From NCBI RefSeq assembly GCF_009872365.1, contig NZ_WXYH01000111.1, positions 127,791-159,790 of the forward strand: a stretch of 32,000 nt of DNA, in the 5' to 3' direction. The notes below the pieces were generated by a model. The model did no database searches. It saw only the letters and a list, made by a program, of their open reading frames with translations, and was not told where the DNA came from. Positions 1 through 21,058 of this stretch are shown piece by piece. Position numbers and translations under genes: made by a program. The DNA comes from Rhodococcus sp. T7 (GTDB taxonomy: Bacteria > Actinomycetota > Actinomycetes > Mycobacteriales > Mycobacteriaceae). Position 1 is the stretch's first letter, and the number at the start of each line of letters is the position of its first letter.

Positions 1-3000
1 TCTCCGAGGCGACGGCACCGATCTCGTCGAGCGCGCCGGGCAGTTCGGCGTACTCGGCGACGGCGGAGACCAGGTTCAGGCGCTCGCCGAGCAGGTCGAA
101 GTTGCCGGTGACGAAACGGCGTCCGTTGCGTTCGAAGGACGTGACGTCCTCGAGCGTGCGGATGTCGTAGTAGCGCCGGGTGACGACCTCCAGCAGCGGG
201 CCGACGGTCGTGCTCTTGCGCGCGATCCGCTGTCCGAGGAGCTCGGTCAGCGACTGCGGGGTGGCGACCAGGGCTTCGAGGCGTTCCTGGTAGTCGCCGG
301 CGGCGGGGTTCTCGGCGAGGTACTCGAGGCTGCCGCGGACACCGTCGTACACCTGCTCGCGGGCCTTGCGGATCTGCGGCTCGTCGAAGAAGCGGAACCG
401 CACGTTGCGGGCGACGTTGCCGATGACCGGGTAACGGACCTGGGTGGCGGTGATGAGCCGGTCCAGGACCTCGCCGAGTCCGCTGGGTGCGCGGCCGGGA
501 GCGTTGCCCTCGTTCAGCCACCGGTCGAGCAGGGCGGCGATGACGGGAACCTGGTTGTCCATGCGCTGCTGCGCGAGGAACAGGCGGTAGACCGCCTCCT
601 CCAGCTCGCCGGTGCGCTCGAGGTCGGTGACGTCGTAGTGACGCAGCGCCCGCGACAACCGGGTCGTGAACGACTCCGGCAGGCCTTCGAGTTCGACGTC
701 GAGGGTGTGCAGGTAGGTGTGGAAGTGCTCGCGCGGGCTGTGGACGCGCTCGTCAGCGTCCTCCTCGGCTGCGGTGGGACGGTTACGTCCGATCTCGCAG
801 ATGTCCGCGAACGTGTTCAGCAGGGCGAGTTCCGCCTGCACCAGATCCGCGTCGCCCGCGATTTCGGAGCGCAGCTTCTCGTAGTCGGCGAGGAGCACGC
901 CTGCCCGCTTCGCGCTGACGTCGTAACCGGTGAGCAGCGCGGCGAGCGCGTCGATCTGCTCGAGGGCGTCGGTGCGGACGTCGCCCTTCGAGGCGGGGAC
1001 GGCGACCTCGAATTCGACGCGCGGCGACTTCGGAGCGGTGGACTCCTCCGCGGTCTCCTCGACGCGCAGCAGTGCGGTGCCGGCGTCGACCTGGGAGTTG
1101 ACCATCGCGAGAACTTCGCGGACCCGGCCTGCGACGGGCGCACGGACGGCGGTCTCCATCTTCATGCTCTCGAGGACGACCAGCGTGTCGCCGACCTCGA
1201 CCTCGTCGCCGACGGACACGGGCACCGCGACCACGACTGCGGGAGCGGGTGCGCGGACGACGCCGGCCTCGTCCTGGCTGATCTGGTGGCTGATGCCGTC
1301 GACCTCGACGAGGTACTGGGCGCGGCCGGCGACCGACACCACGTGGTGGCGGCGGGTGCCGACGACGAGGCGGCTCTCGAATTCGCTGAGCCGGTCGACC
1401 TCGACCTCGACGTCGGGGCTGTCGCCGTCGACGCGGTAGCTGTGGGCGCCGACCTGCGTGACGGTGAGGCCGTAGGCCTGACCCTGGTAGCTGAGCTCGA
1501 CCTTGCGGCCGATGGCGTGACCGGCGCGGGGGCGTCCACCGCGAGCGGAGGAGAGGAACGCCTCGCGCTCGAGCTTCTCCTCGGCGTCGTAGACGTCGAT
1601 GGCGGCGGCGATCAGTGCGACATCGGCCACCTTGGTGGGCGTCGTGACGCTACCGACGCCGGTGCGGTCGAGCCAGCCGGTGTCCGCGGACGCGGAGATG
1701 ACCTCTTCGCGGTCGAGCAGTTCGAGGAGGAACGACTTCGTGGTGGTGCCGCCCTGCAGCACGACGGTGGTCTCGCGGAGCGCGGTGCGCAGACGCGCGA
1801 GGGCCTCGGAGCGGTCGCGACCCCAGGCGATGACCTTGGCGACCATCGAGTCGTAGTCGGGCGGGATGACGTCGCCCTGGGCGATGCCGGTGTCGACGCG
1901 GAGACCGCTGCCGAGCGGGAACTTGAGCAGCTGCACGGCGCCGGGTGCGGGAGCGAAGCCGTTGGCGGCGTCCTCCGCGTTGAGGCGGGCCTCGACGGCA
2001 TGACCGAACTCGGGCGGGCAGTCGCCGACGAGCGGCTCGCCGCTCGCGACGAGGATCTGCAGCTTCACCAGGTCGATGCCCGTGGTGGCCTCGGTGATGG
2101 GGTGCTCCACCTGCAGGCGGGTGTTGACCTCGAGGAACGTGAACGTCTTCTGCTCGGGCTGGTACAGGTACTCGACCGTGCCGGCGCCGCGGTAGCCGGC
2201 GGCGCGCACGAGCTCGGCGGAGACGGTGCGCAGGTGGTTCGACTGCTCGGCGGTGAGGAGCGGGGAGCTGGACTCCTCGATGACCTTCTGGTTCTTGCGC
2301 TGGATGGAGCAGTCGCGCACACCGGGAGCCCAGACGTTGCCGAAGTTGTCGGCGATGACCTGTACCTCTACGTGGCGTGCGTCGGTGACCAGCCGTTCGA
2401 TGAACACGACGGGGTCGCCGAAGGACCGCTGGGCCTCACCCTGGGTGCGTTCGAGCGCGAGTTCGAGCTCGTCTTCCGACCACACCTTGCGGATACCACG
2501 GCCACCGCCGCCGGAGCGGGCCTTGATGATGAGCGGGTAGCCGATGGCCTGGGCGTGACGACGGGCGTCGGCGCGGGTGGCGACGGGGCCACCGCTCCAC
2601 GGCGCGACCGGGACCTCTACCTTCTCGGCGAGGAGCTTGGCCTCGACCTTGTCGCCCAGCAGGCGCATCGCTTCGGCGGGCGGGCCGATGAACGTGATGC
2701 CGAGTTGCTCGCAGACCTCGACGAACGCCGGATCCTCGGCGACGAAGCCCCAGCCGACCCACACGGCGTCGGCCTTGCTCTCGCGCAGCGCGCGGGCCAG
2801 CTCGGCGTGATCGAGGTAGGCGGTGCCGGTCTTGACTGTGCGCAAGCACACACCTTCGTCGGCCTGCCGGACGAACATCGCGCGACGCTCGGCCTCGGTG
2901 TGCAGGGCGATCGTGCGGATGCCGTAGTTGTGCTCGGCGTTCAGTTCGCGCACCGCACGAATCAGGCGGACGGCCGCCTCGCCGCGGTTCACTATCGCTA

Positions 3001-3013
3001 TTCGCTTGAACAT
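1..3013 (-). CDS. Multidomain acyl-CoA carboxylase, 5' part (biotin carboxylase + BCCP + additional C-terminal region); 3' end lies beyond window start
   Basis: Reverse-complement of 3013 downward reads ATG TTC AAG... = MFKRIAIVNRGEAAVRLIRAVRELN (biotin carboxylase N-terminus). Gly-rich ATP loop AIGYPLIIKARSGGGGRG is encoded at about 2497-2549. Biotinylation motif ESMKME is at 1154-1171. The frame stays open to position 2, so there are at least 386 codons after the biotinyl-Lys. This ORF is absent from the supplied track because it has no in-window stop. Confidence 0.85.
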   Translation of the reverse strand, partial: MFKRIAIVNRGEAAVRLIRAVRELNAEHNYGIRTIALHTEAERRAMFVRQADEGVCLRTVKTGTAYLDHAELARALRESKADAVWVGWGFVAEDPAFVEVCEQLGITFIGPPAEAMRLLGDKVEAKLLAEKVEVPVAPWSGGPVATRADARRHAQAIGYPLIIKARSGGGGRGIRKVWSEDELELALERTQGEAQRSFGDPVVFIERLVTDARHVEVQVIADNFGNVWAPGVRDCSIQRKNQKVIEESSSPLLTAEQSNHLRTVSAELVRAAGYRGAGTVEYLYQPEQKTFTFLEVNTRLQVEHPITEATTGIDLVKLQILVASGEPLVGDCPPEFGHAVEARLNAEDAANGFAPAPGAVQLLKFPLGSGLRVDTGIAQGDVIPPDYDSMVAKVIAWGRDRSEALARLRTALRETTVVLQGGTTTKSFLLELLDREEVISASADTGWLDRTGVGSVTTPTKVADVALIAAAIDVYDAEEKLEREAFLSSARGGRPRAGHAIGRKVELSYQGQAYGLTVTQVGAHSYRVDGDSPDVEVEVDRLSEFESRLVVGTRRHHVVSVAGRAQYLVEVDGISHQISQDEAGVVRAPAPAVVVAVPVSVGDEVEVGDTLVVLESMKMETAVRAPVAGRVREVLAMVNSQVDAGTALLRVEETAEESTAPKSPRVEFEVAVPASKGDVRTDALEQIDALAALLTGYDVSAKRAGVLLADYEKLRSEIAGDADLVQAELALLNTFADICEIGRNRPTAAEEDADERVHSPREHFHTYLHTLDVELEGLPESFTTRLSRALRHYDVTDLERTGELEEAVYRLFLAQQRMDNQVPVIAALLDRWLNEGNAPGRAPSGLGEVLDRLITATQVRYPVIGNVARNVRFRFFDEPQIRKAREQVYDGVRGSLEYLAENPAAGDYQERLEALVATPQSLTELLGQRIARKSTTVGPLLEVVTRRYYDIRTLEDVTSFERNGRRFVTGNFDLLGERLNLVSAVAEYAELPGALDEIGAVASE
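1154..1171 (-). other. BCCP biotin-attachment motif E-S-M-K-M-E (Lys618 codon at 1160-1162)
   Basis: Plus strand ctccatcttcatgctctc reverse-complements to gag agc atg aag atg gag, in frame with the ATG at 3013. Confidence 0.85.
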
Positions 3014-3429
3014 CTGTTATCGCTCCGTTTCCGTAAAACTCATTGATCCGCAGAGTGTTTCGATGGCCAAGGCCATGTCCGCCGAGGACTGGGTGCCGCC
3101 TTCGCGGACACGTGCACCCCTGCACAACCCACTTGACTTCCTCCAGGGGCGCCCCGAACGCGATCGTCGAACCTGCGTCGTTGCAGGGCCGATGCTCGGG
3201 GAATGCGAGCATAACGTCGAAAATATGTACCCGCGCGTAACTTCTGCGAGGCCCGGATCGGCTTGTCAAGTCTTCAAGGACTTGCGTGTCGACCCTACGA
3301 GAGAGTAAGAAGGCCGGAATTCCGTCGAGCTGGGCGTCCTTCGGCAAACTATCTGCAACCCGTTGTCACGGAGTCGGTTTCGTCCGGTTTTTCGAGATGT
3401 TCTCGCAGACGGGAACTTTCACACGGAAG

Positions 3430-5169
3430 TTACTGAGGGTTCACCTTCGGTTCGGCGGTGGCCGGTTCGGTCGCGTGCGCCACCGCGCCCCGCAGGCCCA
3501 CGTGCGCCTCGCGGTGCATCCGGTCGACCATGTGCGGATAGTGCAGTTCGAACGCAGGCCGCTCGGAGCGGATGCGCGGCAACTCGGTGAAGTTGTGCCG
3601 CGGCGGCGGGCAGCTGGTCGCCCACTCCAGGGAGTTGCCGAAACCCCACGGGTCGTCCACGTTCACCACCTCGCCGTACCGGTAGCTCTTGAAGACATTC
3701 CAGACGAACGGCACCGTCGACGCGCCGAGGACGAACGCGAACACCGTCGACACCGAGTTGAGGACGGTGAAGCCGTCCGAGGGCAGGTAGTCGGCGTAGC
3801 GGCGCGGCATCCCCTCCGCTCCGAGCCAGTGCTGGACGAGGAACGTGCCGTGGAACCCGGTGAACGTCGTCCAGAAGTGCCACTTGCCGAGGCGTTCGTC
3901 GAGCATGCGTCCGGTCATCTTCGGGAACCAGAAGTAGATGCCGGCGTACGTGGCGAACACGATCGTCCCGAACAGCACGTAGTGGAAGTGGGCGATCACG
4001 AAGTAGCTGTCCGTCACGTGGAAGTCCAGCGGCGGGCTCGCGAGGATGACGCCGGTGAGGCCGCCGAAGATGAACGTGATGAGGAAGCCGAGCGAGAACA
4101 GCATCGGGGTCTCGAACGTCAGCTGACCCTTCCACATCGTGCCGACCCAGTTGAAGATCTTCACCCCGGTCGGCACCGCGATCAGGAACGTCATGAACGA
4201 GAAGAACGGCAGCAGCACCGCGCCGGTCGCGTACATGTGATGCGCCCACACGGCGATCGACAGCGCCCCGATGGCGATCGTCGCGTAGACGAGCCCGCTG
4301 TACCCGAACACCGGTTTGCGGCTGAACACCGGGAAGACCTCCGTGACGATGCCGAAGAACGGCAGCGCCACGATGTACACCTCGGGGTGGCCGAAGAACC
4401 AGAACAGGTGCTGCCACAGCAGCACGCCGCCGTTCGCCGGGTCGTACAGGTGCCCGCCCAGATGCCGGTCGACGAACAGGCCCATCAGCGCGGCGGTGAG
4501 GATCGGGAACGCCACCAGGATGAGGATGCTGGTGACGAAGATGTTCCACGTGAAGATCGGCATCCGGAACATGATCATGCCCGGCGCCCGCAGGCAGATG
4601 ACGGTGGTGATCATGTTGACACCGCCGAGGATGGTGCCGAGGCCCGACAACGCCAGCCCCATGATCCACAGGTCGGCGCCGACCCCCGGGGAGTGCAGCG
4701 TGCTCGTCAGCGGCGAGTACGCCGTCCAGCCGAAGTCCGCGGCGCCGCCCGGGGTGACGAACCCCGCGATCGCGATGGTCCCGCCGAACAGGAACGCCCA
4801 GTAACTGAACGCGTTGAGACGCGGGAACGCCACGTCGGGCGCGCCGATCTGCAGCGGCAGGATGTAGTTGGCGAACCCGAACACGATCGGCGTCGCATAC
4901 AGCAGCAGCATGATCGTGCCGTGCATCGTGAACAACTGGTTGTACTGCTCGTTCGACAGGAACTGCAGACCCGGGACGGCCAGTTCGCCGCGGATCAGCA
5001 GCGCCATCAGACCGCCGGCCATGAAAAATGCGAACGACGTGATCAGGTACAGAATCCCCAGGTCCTTGGGGTCCGTCGTCGTGATCATCTTGTAGAAGAA
5101 GGCGCCCTTGGGGCGACGCCGGGCCGGATACGGACGGACCGGACGATGCTGTTGAAATGCCAGATTCAC
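3430..5169 (-). CDS. ctaD: Cytochrome c oxidase (aa3) subunit I
   Basis: 579-aa ORF with hallmark heme-copper oxidase subunit I sequence ([37 protein letters not shown]). GTG start at 5169, preceded by a G-rich SD-like tract. Confidence 0.93.
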   Translation of the reverse strand: MNLAFQQHRPVRPYPARRRPKGAFFYKMITTTDPKDLGILYLITSFAFFMAGGLMALLIRGELAVPGLQFLSNEQYNQLFTMHGTIMLLLYATPIVFGFANYILPLQIGAPDVAFPRLNAFSYWAFLFGGTIAIAGFVTPGGAADFGWTAYSPLTSTLHSPGVGADLWIMGLALSGLGTILGGVNMITTVICLRAPGMIMFRMPIFTWNIFVTSILILVAFPILTAALMGLFVDRHLGGHLYDPANGGVLLWQHLFWFFGHPEVYIVALPFFGIVTEVFPVFSRKPVFGYSGLVYATIAIGALSIAVWAHHMYATGAVLLPFFSFMTFLIAVPTGVKIFNWVGTMWKGQLTFETPMLFSLGFLITFIFGGLTGVILASPPLDFHVTDSYFVIAHFHYVLFGTIVFATYAGIYFWFPKMTGRMLDERLGKWHFWTTFTGFHGTFLVQHWLGAEGMPRRYADYLPSDGFTVLNSVSTVFAFVLGASTVPFVWNVFKSYRYGEVVNVDDPWGFGNSLEWATSCPPPRHNFTELPRIRSERPAFELHYPHMVDRMHREAHVGLRGAVAHATEPATAEPKVNPQ

Positions 5170-5285
5170 GACGCCCCCCGAAGGGTCCGAGGCGGTTCGG
5201 GTCCGGTGTGGACTCCGTTACCAGGGTAGTCACCCGGTGCCCGGAGAGCGGCACTTTCGCACCCCGAAACAAGGCCCGGAAACGA

Positions 5286-5324
5286 CGCTGCCGCAGGTGC
5301 GCGTGATGCGCGCCTGCGGCAGCG
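5286..5324 (-). terminator. GC-rich hairpin downstream of leuA (12-bp perfect stem)
   Basis: CGCTGCCGCAGG (5286-5297) and CCTGCGGCAGCG (5313-5324) are exact reverse complements, with a 15-nt loop. It lies 16 nt past the leuA stop. There is no clear U-tract, which is typical of actinobacterial terminators. Confidence 0.55.
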
Positions 5325-5339
5325 GTGGTGCGGGAGCGG

Positions 5340-7286
<1,947 letters not shown>

Positions 7287-7291
7287 TCAGC

Positions 7292-7297
7292 ACTGTA
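7292..7297 (-). promoter_or_regulatory. Candidate -10 hexamer TACAGT for the (possibly leaderless) leu leader transcript
   Basis: The minus strand reads ggagTACAGTgctgagtATG. The hexamer ends 7 nt before the leader-peptide ATG and no SD lies between them. No convincing -35 was found. Confidence 0.4.
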
Positions 7298-7352
7298 CTC
7301 CGGGCACCGTCGTCCGCGTGCCGGGGTTCGAAGTCCGAGTGAGGAGAGAGCG

Positions 7353-8360
7353 GTGGGCCGCAGCGCGACGGTGGTATCACCGCTGGTGGCCGCCGTTTTT
7401 GCGATGGTGCTGGTGTCGTGTTCCGGCGTCGTCGCGGGGGCGCCGAGCGTCGCGGGGGAAGGTGAGCCGATCTACGGCCTGCCGGTCAGCGAGCACACCC
7501 GCGCGGAGTTGGCCGTCGCCGCCGCGGCCCGCGACCTCGCACCGTGCGGACTGCTCGACGGGGATCTGGTCGCCGCGTTCGGGCAGGTCACCGCGTACGG
7601 ACCCGTCGGCGATCTGTCGACCTGCCACGCCGAACTGGTGCCTGCGCGCGGCACCCCCGCCAACCCCGTCTGGGTCGAGGTGACGGTGGGTGAACGCGAA
7701 ACCACGGAGCGCACCGGCGCGGGGGAGGCGGCGTCGGGAATCGAGGTGCGTTCCGCGGCCGGCGCACTGCCGGGCACGTGCACCCTCTACTTCTCGCTGC
7801 CGCCGGTCCCGGACGCCGCCGCCCCCGGTCGCTGGGGTCATGTGTCGTACCTCGACGGGGCCGGCGGGACGGGCGACTCCGCGGCCGGGGACGACTGCGC
7901 GGAGGCTCGGACGGTACTCGGATCGGTCGTGGGCAGGCTGGGGTCGCCGGTGTCTGGACCGTCGGATATTCCTCTTGCGCAACAGGATCCGTGCCGGGTG
8001 GTCGAGAAGCTGTCCGTCGAGACGTTCACCCCCGGCAGCCGCCCCTTCGAATGCCTCCTGACACTCCGCGGCGGCGCCGAGGCGTCCGTGCAACTGGCGC
8101 TGTCGCCGGAACCGTCGCAGGCCGGCGGCCCCGAAACGGTCGAACTCGACGGCAAGCCGTTCACCTACTTCCGGGACGCGATCGAATGCCACTACTACTT
8201 CTATCCGGGGTCCGTGTTCGACACGAACCTGCCGTCGAGTCCGGTGAGCGAACGGGACAAAATCGGCAACCGGCTGACGGCGTCCGTCGCGGCGTCCGCA
8301 CCTAGCTGCGACGACGCGGAAACGCTGGTGCTCGCCGCGACCGAAGTGTTCGACTACTGA
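7353..8360 (+). CDS. Secreted lipoprotein, 335 aa, two tandem 4-Cys modules (DUF3558-like)
   Basis: GTG at 7353 is preceded by GAGGAGAGAG. The signal peptide ends in the lipobox L-V-S-C (Cys23). This is only the 3' third of the track's 1011-aa ORF (5325..8360); the upstream part is antisense to leuA. Confidence 0.75.
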   Translation: MGRSATVVSPLVAAVFAMVLVSCSGVVAGAPSVAGEGEPIYGLPVSEHTRAELAVAAAARDLAPCGLLDGDLVAAFGQVTAYGPVGDLSTCHAELVPARGTPANPVWVEVTVGERETTERTGAGEAASGIEVRSAAGALPGTCTLYFSLPPVPDAAAPGRWGHVSYLDGAGGTGDSAAGDDCAEARTVLGSVVGRLGSPVSGPSDIPLAQQDPCRVVEKLSVETFTPGSRPFECLLTLRGGAEASVQLALSPEPSQAGGPETVELDGKPFTYFRDAIECHYYFYPGSVFDTNLPSSPVSERDKIGNRLTASVAASAPSCDDAETLVLAATEVFDY

Positions 8361-8361
8361 G

Positions 8362-8712
8362 ATGAACACACAGGTCGATGTCGCCCGGGCCTACCTGGAC
8401 GCGTTGCTCAGCCACGACGGCAACTCGGTGCCCATCGAACCCCGGGCCGTGCGATACGAGATGGGGCTGAAGACGGCGTTCTCCGGAAATCACCTGCGCC
8501 GAAGCCTGTCCGGCGGTCCGCAGTACCGGGTGATCCGGTCGATCCGCGACTGCGTGTGGACGGTCGACGGCGACGACGTCACCGTCGACTACCTCCTCGA
8601 CGCCGGACTCCTCGGCCGCACCCTCGCGACGGTCCGGGTGGTCGAGACGTTCCGGATCCCGCCGCATGACCTGCGCATCCACCGCATCGACGCGAAGATC
8701 CGGCGCCCCTGA
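8362..8712 (+). CDS. Small NTF2/SnoaL-like fold protein (116 aa), function unknown
   Basis: The ATG lies 1 nt after the lipoprotein stop, suggesting coupled translation. The N-terminus VARAYLDALLSHDG and the size are typical of SnoaL-like proteins. The family call rests on pattern recognition only. Confidence 0.55.
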   Translation: MNTQVDVARAYLDALLSHDGNSVPIEPRAVRYEMGLKTAFSGNHLRRSLSGGPQYRVIRSIRDCVWTVDGDDVTVDYLLDAGLLGRTLATVRVVETFRIPPHDLRIHRIDAKIRRP

Positions 8713-8753
8713 GCGGTAGCTTCCGATCGGGCTGTCGCGCTGGGACTTCCGGC

Positions 8754-8797
8754 ACGTGAGTGGCAAAGTGTGCTCCCGCACGCTTTGCCACTCACGT
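8754..8797. repeat. Palindromic REP-like element, copy 1 (probable bidirectional terminator)
   Basis: ACGTGAGTGGCAAAG (8754-8768) and CTTTGCCACTCACGT (8783-8797) are perfect reverse complements, and the stem extends into the 14-nt spacer. It lies between convergent gene ends (8712 and 8803). A second copy is at 22158-22197. Confidence 0.8.
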
Positions 8798-8802
8798 ACC
8801 CG

Positions 8803-9768
8803 TCAGGCGAGTGTTTCGTGCGCTGCGGGAACGGAACCCAGGCGGCCGGCCTGGAAGTCCTCGAACGCCTGCAGCACCTCGGCCTTGGTGTTCATGACGA
8901 ACGGTCCGGCCATCGCGACGGGCTCGCGGATCGGCTTGCCGCCGAGGACGAACACCTCGAACGACTCGGTCCGCGAATCCTGCGTGTCGGCCGCGGCGAT
9001 CGTCAGGGTGTCACCGCGCCCGAAGACGGCGGTCTGACCCATGCGGATCGGCCGGCGCTCGGATCCGACGAGTCCGTCGCCCGCGAGGACGTAGGCGAGC
9101 GCGTTGAACTCGGGGTTCCACGGCAGCGTCAGGCTCGCACCCGGCGCGACCGTCGCGTGCACGAGGCTGATCGGCGTGTAGGTGGACCCGGGACCGTGGT
9201 GACCGCCCACGTCACCGGCGATCACGCGAACGAGGGCGCCGCCGTCGGGCGAGGACAGCAGGGCCACCTTCGCGCCGGTGATGTCCTGGTAGCGGGGTGC
9301 GGCCATCTTGTTGTCGCGCGGCAGGTTCACCCACAACTGGACGCCGTGGAACAGGCCGCCGCTCGTCACCAGGTGCTCGGGCGGGGTCTCGATGTGCAGG
9401 ATGCCGCCACCCGCGGTCATCCACTGGGTGTCGCCGCCGCCGATGGTGCCGCCGCCGCCGTTGGAATCCTGGTGCTCCATGATGCCGTCGATCATGTAGG
9501 TGACGGTCTCGAAGCCGCGGTGCGGATGCCACGGTGTGCCCTTGGGTTCACCGGGTGCGTAGTCGACCTCGCCCATCTGGTCCATGTGGATGAACGGGTC
9601 GAGGGCCGACAGGTCGATGCCGGCGAACGCGCGGCGCACCGGGAAGCCTTCACCCTCGTACCCGACGGGTGCGGTGGTGAGCGAACGGACCGGGCGGTCG
9701 ACGGCGCCGGGAGCAGGTGCGTCGATACGCGGCAGGGCAAGGATGTTGTCGACCGTCACGGCTGGCAT
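8803..9768 (-). CDS. Pirin family (bicupin) protein, 321 aa
   Basis: Contains HPHRGFETVTY, QWMTAGGGILHIE and GVQLWVNLP motifs. SD GAGGAGA lies 7 nt upstream of the ATG. Confidence 0.88.
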   Translation of the reverse strand: MPAVTVDNILALPRIDAPAPGAVDRPVRSLTTAPVGYEGEGFPVRRAFAGIDLSALDPFIHMDQMGEVDYAPGEPKGTPWHPHRGFETVTYMIDGIMEHQDSNGGGGTIGGGDTQWMTAGGGILHIETPPEHLVTSGGLFHGVQLWVNLPRDNKMAAPRYQDITGAKVALLSSPDGGALVRVIAGDVGGHHGPGSTYTPISLVHATVAPGASLTLPWNPEFNALAYVLAGDGLVGSERRPIRMGQTAVFGRGDTLTIAAADTQDSRTESFEVFVLGGKPIREPVAMAGPFVMNTKAEVLQAFEDFQAGRLGSVPAAHETLA

Positions 9769-9789
9769 GGGGTGTCTCCTCGTACTCAG

Positions 9790-9809
9790 GTAATTGATTG
9801 TTCAACTAC
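9790..9809. promoter_or_regulatory. AT-rich imperfect palindrome upstream of pirin (candidate operator/promoter)
   Basis: GTAATTGA-ttgt-TCAACTAC has 8-nt arms with 1 mismatch. It is the most AT-rich spot in this neighbourhood, 22-41 nt upstream of the pirin ATG. Confidence 0.3.
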
Positions 9810-9848
9810 TTCATGCTGTGTAACACCCGCGGGGGAAATAAATTCCCC

Positions 9849-9888
9849 GTGCGCCTTTCTGGTAGCTGCAGCAACCAGAAAGGCGCAC
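9849..9888 (-). terminator. Intrinsic terminator after the DUF732-like lipoprotein gene
   Basis: GTGCGCCTTTCTGGT (9849-9863) and ACCAGAAAGGCGCAC (9874-9888) form a perfect 15-bp stem with a 10-nt loop, 14 nt past the stop. On the minus strand it is followed by GGGGAAUUUAUUUCCCC. Confidence 0.65.
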
Positions 9889-9901
9889 GGGCGCGAAGCG
9901 C

Positions 9902-10315
9902 CTAGTTGAGGACGTTCTCGTGGTCCGGGCAGTACCGCGTGATCGCGCCGATGATGTACGGGTAGACGCCGTCGTTGGTGAGCATCGGCGTCCACTCCTC
10001 ACGCACCTGGTCGAGGGGCTTGCCCGCGTCGAGGGCGGTGCAGATCTCGCCGGCCTGATGCACCGCCAGGTCGTCGTCGGTGACGGTCTGGTTGTTCGCG
10101 CGCAGGTAGGCCAGGTAGTCGGCGGCCGTCTGCGGGTCGTCGGCGACCGCGAACACTCGGCTGCCGGGGGCTGTGGCGGCGGTCGTCCGCGCCGCCACGG
10201 ACGCCGAGGCGGACGTGGTCTCGGATGCTGAGGTGTCGGTGTCGCCACCACCGCAGGCGGTGAGGAGTGCCGCGGAGCAGACGGTGAGGGCGGTCAGAGC
10301 AAGGGTGCGGCGCAT
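9902..10315 (-). CDS. Lipoprotein, DUF732-like, 137 aa
   Basis: The signal peptide has the lipobox L-T-A-C (Cys21), followed by a Thr/Ser/Ala-rich linker and a C-terminal domain with two Cys (EICTAL, RYCPDH), as in mycobacterial DUF732 proteins. It lies 95 nt downstream of the PKS on the same strand. Confidence 0.7.
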   Translation of the reverse strand: MRRTLALTALTVCSAALLTACGGGDTDTSASETTSASASVAARTTAATAPGSRVFAVADDPQTAADYLAYLRANNQTVTDDDLAVHQAGEICTALDAGKPLDQVREEWTPMLTNDGVYPYIIGAITRYCPDHENVLN

Positions 10316-10409
10316 GGGGCGTGTGATTCCTTTCGAGGCCTGTGACGGCGACGATCGTATCGCCTGCGGGGCCGGTGTTCCCGGCGGCGATCACCCACGC
10401 TGTTCCCGG

Positions 10410-20987
<10,578 letters not shown>

Positions 20988-21004
20988 ACGAGGTCCTATC
21001 CGAG

Positions 21005-21058
21005 ATCCGCCGTACGTAGCGCGGAAACCTCGATTGTATCCGCCGACACGATGCGGAT
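21005..21058. promoter_or_regulatory. Two related inverted-repeat motifs in the PKS / methyltransferase divergent region
   Basis: ATCCGC-cgtacgtagc-GCGGA (21005-21025) and ATCCGC-cgacacgat-GCGGAT (21038-21058). The shared 8-mer ATCCGCCG is repeated 33 nt apart, 18-71 nt upstream of the PKS ATG. Confidence 0.35.

Noticed and set aside
638-3046. 802-aa plus-strand ORF
   Set aside because: It is antisense to the clearly recognisable biotin carboxylase/BCCP gene. Its translation is low-complexity Gly/Asp/Val/Arg/Ala-rich with no motifs, the typical open antisense frame of high-GC DNA.
3286-5272. 647-aa plus-strand ORF (3286-5229) and 617-aa minus-strand ORF (3419-5272) overlapping ctaD
   Set aside because: Both are the antisense or an alternative frame of the unambiguous cytochrome oxidase subunit I ORF. 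Their translations are Arg/Pro/Asp-rich nonsense.
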